A stretch of 64,000 bases of DNA from the NCBI GenBank assembly GCA_965226375.1, contig CBDDCX010000007.1:576001-640000 (forward strand). Direction: 5' to 3'. Below are positions 29,967-42,029 of the stretch, in pieces (the stretch's first letter is position 1; each line of letters starts with the position of its first letter). Made by a program: the position numbers and the translations under genes. Origin of the DNA: Longimicrobiales bacterium. Its GTDB lineage: Bacteria > Gemmatimonadota > Gemmatimonadetes > Longimicrobiales > Gaopeijiaceae. Under the pieces are notes generated by a model, which worked only from the letters and a program-made list of their open reading frames with translations, was not told the DNA's origin and did not search any database.

Positions 29967-32900
29967 TCAGTCGCTGGCAACTGCATTCGCGACGGCCTCG
30001 ACGTCATAGTTGCCCAGAGCGGAGCCGCCGGCACTCCTCGCACTCCTCATCTGGCTATCCCATCGGTAGTAGGTCTCGCGCAATTCGGGACTGATAAATA
30101 GACCCGCGAAGGGAGCAGCTGGCCGAAAAGGCCAGTGCACGTCAGTGGTCTGGAAATGTGCCCAATACGGCTCGCCCGGGGAGGCACTCCTCCAGTTCCA
30201 GTAATCCCGGTGCAGTTCCACCGACGAGGCGCAGTTCACCCCGGCATATGCGTCGCGATACGTATCCACGCCTCGATCCGTCGCGCTGCCCGCGTTGGGG
30301 TTCGAGGTAAACATCGCCGTTTGATAGCCACCGGCCCTCATGTGCTGGGCCATCGTCATCGCCTGTTCAGGAAGTCCTCTGCCACCTGTTCCACGGAGAA
30401 CGCTGTCGTGTAGCGACGTAACGAAGGAACGCGTGGAAGGGTTCGTGTAGCTCGAATTACTGTAGGCGTTCTCGAAGACCGCCCCCTCGGCCGCCAGTCG
30501 TGCGATGTATGGTGTTGTGCGACGGTTGTAACCGTAGACGCTCATGAAGTCCGCGCCGGCACTATCGATGATGTAGAAGATGACGTTCGGCTTGCGGGTG
30601 TTCCTCGAACCGCTGAGGGCCCTCTCTGCCAACGTACGTGAGACACGGAGCACGCAAAGAATTAGAGTAGGGCGAAGGCAGAGAAAACGAACATGTTGGG
30701 ACTGCGAGAGAGAATGGCAGAGAATGGTAGTGCCCCTGGAACCGGGGAGGCCAAGCGAAGCGCGGCAGCTCCTGCGGACCCGGAGGTAGTAGATAGGCCG
30801 CTACGGCGGCGGTTCAGTCCGTCGTACAAGCTGCGGATCGTCGAAGAAGCGGACCGGTGCACCGAGCCCGGCGAGGTGGGTCAAGTCCTGCGGCGAGAGG
30901 GCCTGTACTCGTCGCACCTGACGACGTGGCGCAAGGCGGCGCATAGCGGGTCGCTGAAGGCCCTGTCGAAGAAACGCGGCCGCAAGCCGGAGCGAAATCC
31001 GCTGGATGAGAAGGTACGCAAGCTGGAGCGGCGAAACGCACGGCTCGGGAATGAGCTCAGGAAGGCACACCTGATCATCGACGTGCAGGGAAAAGTTGCG
31101 GGGCTGCTGGGGATAAGCCTCGACGACGGGACAAACTCTTGAAGGCGGCCGATGAGCTGGCTAAGCACGTCGGTGTAAAACCGGCGTGCGCGGCCCTCGA
31201 GGTCTCCCGATCGACGTTGTACCGTCGTCGAGGCCCATCAACCGGGCAACAGCAGCCCCGCCCGACGCCCGCCCGGGCATTGAGCGAGACGGAACGAGGC
31301 GAGGTCTTCGACACGCTGTGTTCGGAGCGGTTCGTGGACCGCTCACCCGCCGAGGTGGTGGCCACGCTGCTCGACGAAGAGGTCTACCTGTGCAGCGAAC
31401 GCACGATGTATCGTGTTCTGGCCTCCGAGGTGCCGGTTCAGGAACGCCGGGCGCAGCGCACCCATCCCGAGTACAAGAAGCCCGAGTTGATGGCCACGGC
31501 GCCGAACCAGGTGTGGTCCTGGGATATCACGCGGCTGCTCGGGCCGAAGAAGTGGAGCTATTACTACCTCTACGTCATCATGGACATCTACAGCCGCTAC
31601 GTCGTGGGCTGGATGGTGGCGGACCGGGAGAACTCGGCCCTGGCCGGCCGGTTGATCCAGCAGAGCTGCCTGAAGCATGGCGTCCAGCCCCGGGTCCTGA
31701 CCCTGCACTCGGATCGGGGAGCTCCAATGACGAGCCAATGCACCGCTCAACTTCTCGCTGACCTCGGCGTGACCCGCTCGTTGAGCCGGCCTCAGGTGTC
31801 GGATGACAACCCGTTTTCCGAGGCTCAGTTCAAAACCTTGAAGTACCATCCCTCGTTTCCCGGACGGTTCGGGGATCAGGGCCAAGCCAAGACGTTCTGT
31901 CGATCGTTCTTCCGCTGGTACAATGCCGAGCACCGCCATGGCGGCATCTCGATGCTAACCCCCGAGCAGGTCCACTTCGGGAACGCCGATCAGGTCATTG
32001 ACAGGTTCCGGGGTGGGGGCGACCCAGTGCGCTACGGTCCCAACCCGATCCGAAGTCGCGGTCAGCACTAGGCTCACCTCTTCGCCCTCGCAGCGGGTCA
32101 GATCCAGGCTACGCTGTACCCAATGTTCGCTGTCGGAGTAGGTTTCCTCCAGGAGCGTGACCGCGTCACGACCGGGCGGTTGCACCGCAATCGCGAAATC
32201 CACCGGCGCATCGGCGCGAACAACCCCCAACCCGACGTCCAAACGTCCGCCATCGGGTACGCGCACGCGGTACTCCAAGCGTGCTGGCGCGTGCGTGTAC
32301 AGCGCCCGTGTTTGAATGTCGCCACTGAACGTGTGGGCGACGCCGACATCCGCGTCAGCGTAGGCGGCCTCCTTAGGGATGAGACTGACCGAAAGAATGT
32401 CAATGCTGGTTGGTACCCGTCCACGTTGCGATCCCGCATAGAACAGCAGGCCGAGCTGCTTCCACGGTTCATCCCAGTCTTGGCCTTCTCGAACTGGAAG
32501 GAGGTACGTGTGTACCAATCCGTCCGTGATGAGGCTCGCTTCATCTCCGAAAAATCTGAACGGCCAGCCGCCTGCCGGTGCATATTCTGAGTCAGGAGTT
32601 TGGGAGGGCTCAGACCGCTCGGTCAGGTTGAACACCAGGCCTACGGAAGAGATTCCTGGCTGAGCTCGAGCACGCACCGAGACGTAGGCCCAATCTTGAG
32701 GTCTCAAGTCGGGCAGGTCGATGTAGATTTGCCCGTCATGTACAAGGCGCCCGGTCCGGGCCATGCGGTAGTTCGCTTCGGTGATGTCGACGCGCAATGC
32801 ATCGTCGAGCCGTGTCACCCGCACCGGCGTCGATTCCGCATAACCAACCGGTTTCCACTCGGGCTGGGGCTCGTCGAAGCCCCACTCCAAGGCCTCGGGC

Positions 32901-33103
32901 ACATCCGTGGGGATCTCGGAGCCTTCGATGGTCGCCGCGTCCAGATGATCTTCAAGATGGAGCGGGACGTCGGCCGTCAGGACCATGGAGCCGGATGGCG
33001 AGCCTGAGCAGCTTGCGAGGGCCAGGCTCAGCACGGTAGCCGGAAAGATGAGAGAGGCGACGCGACCAAGGACAGCGTTCAGACGAGCGACGGAATCGGA
33101 CAC
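29967..33103 (-). pseudogene. Sulfatase-like lipoprotein, interrupted by IS3 and 3'-truncated
   Basis: Removing the IS rejoins HWVAPT-LSGSRNTRKPNVIFYIID; YGYNRRTTP, TNPSTRS, HFQTTDVHWPF; C-terminal half missing. Confidence 0.82.
30620..32010 (+). mobile_element. IS3-family element (orfA 30693-31142; orfB from 31139, 3' end shortened) with GGG target duplication
   Basis: WSWDIT, LHSDRG, NPFSEAQFKTLK; ends CCCTCTCTGCCAAC / GTCATTGACAGGTTCCG. Confidence 0.9.
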
Positions 33104-33118
33104 GGGCGAACTCCAGAA

Positions 33119-33263
33119 TCAGACTGTGGTCAACATCCGAGAGCGGTCCGGTAGGCGCAAGCAGAGCCCCGTCAGACGCCTGTATTTGCGTTCTGAGCGT
33201 CTTCGGGGTTTATTCGGTATCCTGGGTAGGCCGGGACACTCTCGTGGCTTAGACGGGCATTAT
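33119..33263. repeat. Contiguous R3+R2 copy upstream of the sulfatase-like gene
   Basis: 33119-33179 matches 21440-21500; 33154-33263 matches 25178-25288. Confidence 0.9.
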
Positions 33264-33336
33264 CGGGCTAGCGACCTGTGCCTATGAACCCTCTTGGTGT
33301 TGCACTTCAAACTTGATCCCAAGCAGATTGCCCGAC

Positions 33337-34101
33337 CTACCGAGTCGTGATCGCCGCCTCCAAGATCGGGATCAGAGAGATAGCCTCATCAAGATTGTCG
33401 GCGACCATGCGCTCCAGGAAGACGCCGTAATGCCGTTCGGCGTTCAACTCTTGAAGATTGGACCCAACTCGTAGGGACTGAAGGGCCTCCGCCACGAGTG
33501 CTGGCTCCACAGTCAGGACAAGGGTCTCTTCATCCTCCCGGGCAAGACCTCTGGGCGCCCCGACAGAAGTCGTGCGAAACGCTCCGAGCAGCTGAGGTGA
33601 AACGGTTCGATATATGAGGGCCGGGTAATCGGTGGTTCTGGTTGCCGCCCTGTTCCTGCGGTGTCCGGCGTTCGTATGGTAACTGAGCACGGCCTGCCGG
33701 ACAGTTGAACTCTTAATAAGGTTGAGGCCGCCGATCGAGATTAGTTCGTCAAAGGCCGCGGAGTTCAAGGGAAGTTGGCTCCAGCCGTACCCTTGGCTGC
33801 CCTCCAACGCGATCTGGAAGCTCAGCGTGTCGCCCGGCGCCAAGCCGTCCCTAAGGGCTGCGCCCACAAGCTGGAGTGCCTCTCGCTTCTCGTGCATCCC
33901 GGTCAGTTGAAACGAGAATGAGGCGGTGTCCTGACGAAGATCCTCGAGGAGTCGCTCAAGAAAGTCCTGCTCGGCGACGCGATCCTGACGTTCTTCCGCC
34001 CAACCGTTCACCCAAAGGGCCACCAGCACTCCGAGCACGATAACGACAAACTCGCCCAACACTCGCATCCAACTCAAAGTTGGCCTAGACGCGGTAGCCA
34101 T
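33337..34101 (-). CDS. Hypothetical protein with N-terminal TM (DUF6090-like), cassette-like
   Basis: GEFVVIVLGVLVALWVNGW; AFDELISIGGL; lower GC; preceded by GTTAGGT core site. Confidence 0.7.
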   Translation of the reverse strand: MATASRPTLSWMRVLGEFVVIVLGVLVALWVNGWAEERQDRVAEQDFLERLLEDLRQDTASFSFQLTGMHEKREALQLVGAALRDGLAPGDTLSFQIALEGSQGYGWSQLPLNSAAFDELISIGGLNLIKSSTVRQAVLSYHTNAGHRRNRAATRTTDYPALIYRTVSPQLLGAFRTTSVGAPRGLAREDEETLVLTVEPALVAEALQSLRVGSNLQELNAERHYGVFLERMVADNLDEAISLIPILEAAITTR

Positions 34102-34129
34102 ACTCCCTTCCGTTCGAGTAGCAGAATCT

Positions 34130-34165
34130 ACCTAACGGATCGCGATTCTTGTGCGCTGCTAAGAT
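34130..34165 (-). other. Right half of an attC site (R' = GTTAGGT)
   Basis: Minus strand GCGCACAAGAATCGCGATCCGTTAGGT, 28 bp before the ATG of 33337-34101. Confidence 0.55.
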
Positions 34166-34190
34166 GCGATCCGCAAGCTGCCCAGTCCAA

Positions 34191-34236
34191 CATGCGCTCA
34201 AGCTATGGGTGATGCTGAGGTTGGGCGATGGCTGGA
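34191..34236. repeat. Repeat R1 copy 3
   Basis: Identical 46-mer. Confidence 0.95.
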
Positions 34237-34278
34237 TGGGACTGATGCGAGGCCGCTAGCTTTTCAGTTTGACGACGA

Positions 34279-34674
34279 TCACCACGCCTTCCACGACGAC
34301 ACGAGTACCCTGAGGCGGACGCCCAAGGCCACGAGGCAATACACCCCGACCACACCGACGTAGAGCGGTTCCAGCCAATCGTGCGCCACGCCGAATCGAT
34401 GCGAGAGCTGATGCACTGCGACGTTGATCGCCATCAGAGCAGTAAGTGCGACAAGCACCTGGACTGTACGTGCAGGCGTCCGTCGAAGTGCAAGGAGTGA
34501 AGCCACCGTGCCAGTCGCGACCAGCACGAATCCCGGAAGGTCCGGCTGTTGCACGGCGGCGGAAATCGGGATCGAAGCAAGTACGCCGGCAGCACTTGCC
34601 GCGAACCCTACCTCAAGAATTCGCAGGGACTTGACCTCTTAGGCGACGTTCAAGCGGGTGACAGGGTCGGACAT
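34279..34674 (-). pseudogene. Small membrane protein fused in frame to a kinase-type leader, TAA at codon 12
   Basis: MSDPVTRLNVA*EVKSLRILEVGFAAS... continues in frame into ORF 34279-34554. Confidence 0.6.
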
Positions 34675-34709
34675 CAGGTCTCTTGACTTCGTCACGGGCT
34701 CCCAGGGCC

Positions 34710-34809
34710 ATCTAACGATTCTGCATTTTTGCTGCGGGCTAGGATGCCCACAGCACACGCAGTGTGCGCCCCAGATGTTGATCCCGCCAGCAGCAAATGC
34801 TTGTTAGGT
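34710..34809 (-). other. Integron attC recombination site (100 bp)
   Basis: ACCTAAC-AAGCA-TTTGCTGCTGGCGGG...CCCGCAGCAAAAATGCAGAATC-GTTAGAT; imperfect palindrome just after a stop codon. Confidence 0.8.
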
Positions 34810-34827
34810 AGCCCTGGCTCGACCTGC

Positions 34828-35349
34828 TCAGTCCTTGGCCGAAGTCCTGCCCTTCCATTTCTCGGCGAGTCGAACCCAGCGGACGGCCATCGGACCCGAG
34901 TACGACATTTGGCCCTCCGGGTATATCTCGGCCAGTTCCTTGGGGTCGTGTTCGGAGGCCCACGAAATCAGCGGTGCCATGGCATCAGACAAGGAGACTT
35001 CGCCCCATGACGTTTCATGGAGTTGATGGGAGATAAGGCCATTCGAGGAGATGGTGAAGACGGACCGAAAACCAAGGGTGCCGATTCCAATTAGGTCGAG
35101 AAAGTCGTTTCCTTCGGAGCCCTGGATTGTGACCATGCGTGGAGATTCGTCAACGACTTGCCAGTCCAGCCTGCCGTTCGCGCCCGCGTCCCACTCCAGT
35201 GCGGTCGCTGCCTGACTTTTCGACATCGTGAACCCGGCCCCCGCGAACTCCATTTCGAATTCTGGCGCAAGGCAGGCCAGGGCATTGAGAGTAGCGTGAT
35301 CGACCAGGTGATCGAGGTACAGACGAACGACGGCCAACGCGCGATCCAT
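34828..35349 (-). CDS. Hypothetical (SnoaL/NTF2-like) cassette gene
   Basis: Lower GC; RBS GGAGG; bounded by GTTGGGT core and attC; fold assignment is tentative. Confidence 0.65.
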   Translation of the reverse strand: MDRALAVVRLYLDHLVDHATLNALACLAPEFEMEFAGAGFTMSKSQAATALEWDAGANGRLDWQVVDESPRMVTIQGSEGNDFLDLIGIGTLGFRSVFTISSNGLISHQLHETSWGEVSLSDAMAPLISWASEHDPKELAEIYPEGQMSYSGPMAVRWVRLAEKWKGRTSAKD

Positions 35350-35382
35350 CTTTTACCTCCCGACTTTGCTGGGCTACCCAAC

Positions 35383-35924
35383 ACAACTTGAAAGCACGCC
35401 CCCTGTGGGTACCGTGGAGTTGCGAAACGACCATGGACCACAGCAGAGGGCGGCTCTCATGAAGCGGAACACCAAGTATGTGGGACTCGACGTGCACCAG
35501 GCAATGACGGTGGCGACGGTTCGGAGCCAAGGGGGACGAGTGATCGCGCGCAGCGTGATCGAGACGGGGGACGCATCGATCACGGAGTTCTTCAGTGCGA
35601 TGCGCGGGTCGGTGCATGTGGTGTTCGAGGAGAGAACCCAGGCGCAGTGGCTCTACGACCTACTGAGTCCTCGTGTGGATCGGGTGGTCGTGTGCGATCG
35701 CAGAGGCGAAAAGCGTTCGGGCAACAAGGGCGACCAGGTCGATGCCGACGAGCTGTCGGAGCGGTTGCGGTGTGGCGGGCTGCGAGCGGTATACCACGGC
35801 GCACACGGCCGATCTGATCTCAAGGAGCTGACTCGAGGCTATCGCAACCTCGTCGAGGACGGGACGCGCGTGATGCTGCGACTCAAGGCACTCTTCCGTG
35901 CGCGAGCCATCCGAACCACGGGCG
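35383..35924 (+). mobile_element. IS110-family element, 5' fragment (transposase from 35459)
   Basis: YVGLDVH, VVFEE, KGDQVDA (DEDD RuvC); truncated at the junction with hsdR. Confidence 0.85.
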
Positions 35925-39121
<3,197 letters not shown>

Positions 39122-39387
39122 CCAGGCTCAGAGGTCCCCGCGGAAGGCGCGGGATTGCAGGGAGGCGAAGAGGGTGTCGAGTTCGGCCAGGTGCGCGCGC
39201 TTCGGTGGCTTCAGAGCCTTCTCGACCTTGTAGACACGCTTGAGCAGGCACTCCAGCGCGTAGCGGTGCATGGAAGCAGGACGCCCGTGGGTCGCCGAAG
39301 ACATGCCGCTCCGACGAAACTTGCACTCTCCGCCGCGTGTGGGAACTCCTGTTTCAGGGCGAAGTTCTCGGAGACTTCCATAGCGGC

Positions 39388-40545
39388 TCAGAGGTCCCCG
39401 CGGAAAGCGCGGGATTGCAGGGAGGCAAACAGGGTGTCGAGTTCGGCCAGGTGAACGCGCTGGATAGCCCTTTGTTGCTCGACGGATTCGACGATGGCAG
39501 CGAAGTGAAGTTGAAGATCCGCGGGTGGAACCGGAAACACGACGGAGGAAAGGAGCCGCTGATTCACCTTGTGGGTACCGCTGGTCGTTCGTGCACCACG
39601 CTCGATCTGCCTGCGAACCCGACGGGTACGCCATACATTCTGAAGATAGGCAGCCGCTAGGACGCTTGGACTTATCTCTACGCCTATCATCGTGTCGGGG
39701 AAACAGACACGATTCGATGAGCGGTCTGGGTATGCCCCAGTACCGACCAGTCGCCTGTTTCCGTTTCCACGACAGATAAGTGTGTCGGTGCTCAGCCTCT
39801 GTGAAGGAGACGGCGCTTTGTCGAAGCGCGCGCTCTTCTTTGCAGCGAAGTTGAATCGACCGCGAGTGATTGCAGACAGAGTGAGGACCTCGCCGTCGAC
39901 GGTCCCTTGGGTTGAGGGCGAGAGACCGTTGCGGAAACTATCCTGAGCCAGCTCTCCAAGACTTCGTTCCTCCCATCCCATCGGATTGGTGACGGGGTCG
40001 CCGAACATGTCGAGGAAGGTGGATTGGAGGAGGGTGTCGAGGTGGGCGAGGGCCTCGCGGCGCTTGGCCCGCAAGGCGTCCGCCGCATCCAGAATCCCCG
40101 CAATCCGCTTCTGCTCGGCGAAGGGTGGGAGGGGGATTTGGAGCGAGGCAATGTCGCTTTTCGAGACTTGAAGAAATGTCGCTCCTCGTCCCTGGGCGCG
40201 TAACACGGGGGCGACATGATCAAGCCAATGCCCGAGGTAGGCTTGGCTCAAGTCGGCGTCTTTGGCTCTTAGCCCAGCCACTCCGCGCCCAAGACAGTAC
40301 TCTTTGTCTGACCAATTTCGGTCACCTATCGTCGCGCGGATGCACAGGATGAGGTCACCGGGCCGTGACAGCTTCGTTGGGGCATCCGTGTATTTCTTTG
40401 GCGCAGGAGTTAGTTCACCGAAGTCCCCGGCTCCAGCAATCAATGGATAACCACTTCTCGTAGTGTTGTAGCTATCACCCTTCGGCGCTTGCCCCATTGA
40501 TATGTCGCACACAGCGGAGAGGTTTTTCGTGAGGAATACACTCAT
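39388..40545 (-). CDS. hsdS: Type I restriction-modification specificity subunit
   Basis: Two TRDs; IPLPP..EQKRIA..LD; FLDMFGDP..NP.GW. Confidence 0.92.
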   Translation of the reverse strand: MSVFLTKNLSAVCDISMGQAPKGDSYNTTRSGYPLIAGAGDFGELTPAPKKYTDAPTKLSRPGDLILCIRATIGDRNWSDKEYCLGRGVAGLRAKDADLSQAYLGHWLDHVAPVLRAQGRGATFLQVSKSDIASLQIPLPPFAEQKRIAGILDAADALRAKRREALAHLDTLLQSTFLDMFGDPVTNPMGWEERSLGELAQDSFRNGLSPSTQGTVDGEVLTLSAITRGRFNFAAKKSARFDKAPSPSQRLSTDTLICRGNGNRRLVGTGAYPDRSSNRVCFPDTMIGVEISPSVLAAAYLQNVWRTRRVRRQIERGARTTSGTHKVNQRLLSSVVFPVPPADLQLHFAAIVESVEQQRAIQRVHLAELDTLFASLQSRAFRGDL

Positions 40546-42029
40546 CCCAACATCCCCTCCAACTCCACCCGCCCCTCCGCGATCTCCGCCTCCAGCTTCC
40601 CCAGCCGCCTCAGGATCGCTGCCGGTGGGTCGTACTCCACCGCCTCGTACTCCACCTCCTTGTAGCGGTTGATGGACAGGTCGTAGTCGTTGCCCGCGAT
40701 CTCGGCCTTGGGCACGAGGAAACTCTGGTCCGTCCGTGCCCGCTTGCGCTCCGCCTCGCGGTTCTGCCAGCGGGCGAGAATGTCGGCAAGATCGCTCTTC
40801 TCCGGCTGCGGTGTGCGCTTGTCATCCAGCGAGTAGCCGTCCGCCTGCATGTCGTAGAACCAGACGTGGTCCGTACCGCCGGAGTTGGTCTTGGTGAAGA
40901 GCAGGATGGCGGTGGAGACCCCGGCGTAGGGTTTGAAGACGCCAGAGGGCATGGAGACGATGGCGTCCAGCTTCTGCTCCTCGACCAAGATCGTGCGCAG
41001 GGTCCTGTGCGCCTTGCTCGATCCGAAGAGCACGCCGTCGGGCACGATGACCGCGGCGCGTCCTCCTGTCTGGAGAAGGCGGAGGAAGAGGGCGAGGAAC
41101 AGCAACTCGGTCTTCTTCGTCTTGACGATCTGCTGCAGATCCTTGGCGATGGACTCGTAGTCGAGGCTTCCCGCAAACGGCGGATTGGCGAGGACCAGCG
41201 AGTACTTCTCCGCGTCATCGTCGTCGGCCTGGGCCAGCGAGTCTTTGTAGCGGATGTCTGGGTTCTCCACGCCGTGCAGCAGCATGTTCATGCTGCCGAT
41301 CCGCAGCATGGTGTTGTCGAAGTCGTAGCCGTGGAACGTGCCCTCGTTGAAGTGGCGCCGCGCCGCGGCGTCCTTGTAGATAGTGTCGCTGTGGTGTTCC
41401 ACCAGGTGCTCAAACGCGGCAACGAGGAAGCCCGCCGTGCCGCAGGCCGGGTCGCAGATCACGTCCTTGGGCGTGGGGGCGGTCATGTCCACCATCAGAC
41501 GGATGATGTGGCGCGGCGTGCGGAACTGGCCGTTCTGTCCGGCGGTGGCAATCTTGCTGAGCATGTACTCGTAGAGGTCGCCCTTGGTGTCGCTGTCGGC
41601 CATGTCGATGCCGTCGAGTTGGTCGACCACGTTGGCCAGCACACGGGCCGTGGGCATCATGAAGAGGGCATCCTTCATGTGGTGGCTGTATGTCGAGCCC
41701 CCCTCGCCGCCGTCGGCCCCGCCCTTCTGCCCGAGCGACTTGATAAAGGGGAACACCCCGTCTCGCATCGTCTCGAACAGCTGCTCGGGAGCGGCGTTCT
41801 TGAAACGCGACCAACGCAGCCTGTCCTGATCGACGCCGAAGACCGGCTCCTCGATGGGTGTGCCGGTGTGCGCGGCCTTGCGCTCCTTGAGGGTATGTAG
41901 TTCGTCGAGCCGCTTGATGAAGAGCAGGTAGGTGAGCTGCTCGATGACCGAGAGCGGATTCGAGATGCCGCCAGACCACATCGTATTCCAGATGCTGTCG
42001 ATTTTAGATTTGAGTGCGCCTGTAATCAT
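40542..42029 (-). CDS. hsdM: Type I N6-adenine methyltransferase
   Basis: GQFRTP, DPACGTAGFL, NPPF. Confidence 0.95.
   Translation of the reverse strand: MITGALKSKIDSIWNTMWSGGISNPLSVIEQLTYLLFIKRLDELHTLKERKAAHTGTPIEEPVFGVDQDRLRWSRFKNAAPEQLFETMRDGVFPFIKSLGQKGGADGGEGGSTYSHHMKDALFMMPTARVLANVVDQLDGIDMADSDTKGDLYEYMLSKIATAGQNGQFRTPRHIIRLMVDMTAPTPKDVICDPACGTAGFLVAAFEHLVEHHSDTIYKDAAARRHFNEGTFHGYDFDNTMLRIGSMNMLLHGVENPDIRYKDSLAQADDDDAEKYSLVLANPPFAGSLDYESIAKDLQQIVKTKKTELLFLALFLRLLQTGGRAAVIVPDGVLFGSSKAHRTLRTILVEEQKLDAIVSMPSGVFKPYAGVSTAILLFTKTNSGGTDHVWFYDMQADGYSLDDKRTPQPEKSDLADILARWQNREAERKRARTDQSFLVPKAEIAGNDYDLSINRYKEVEYEAVEYDPPAAILRRLGKLEAEIAEGRVELEGMLG

Noticed and set aside
34184..34226. R1 copy 3 as a canonical attC (GTCCAAC...GTTGGGC)
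   Set aside because: Only ~43 bp, no spacer between L' and R', and the other two copies lack the R'' box
22893..34236. R1 repeats as a CRISPR array
   Set aside because: The three copies are kilobases apart, with no regular spacers and no cas genes
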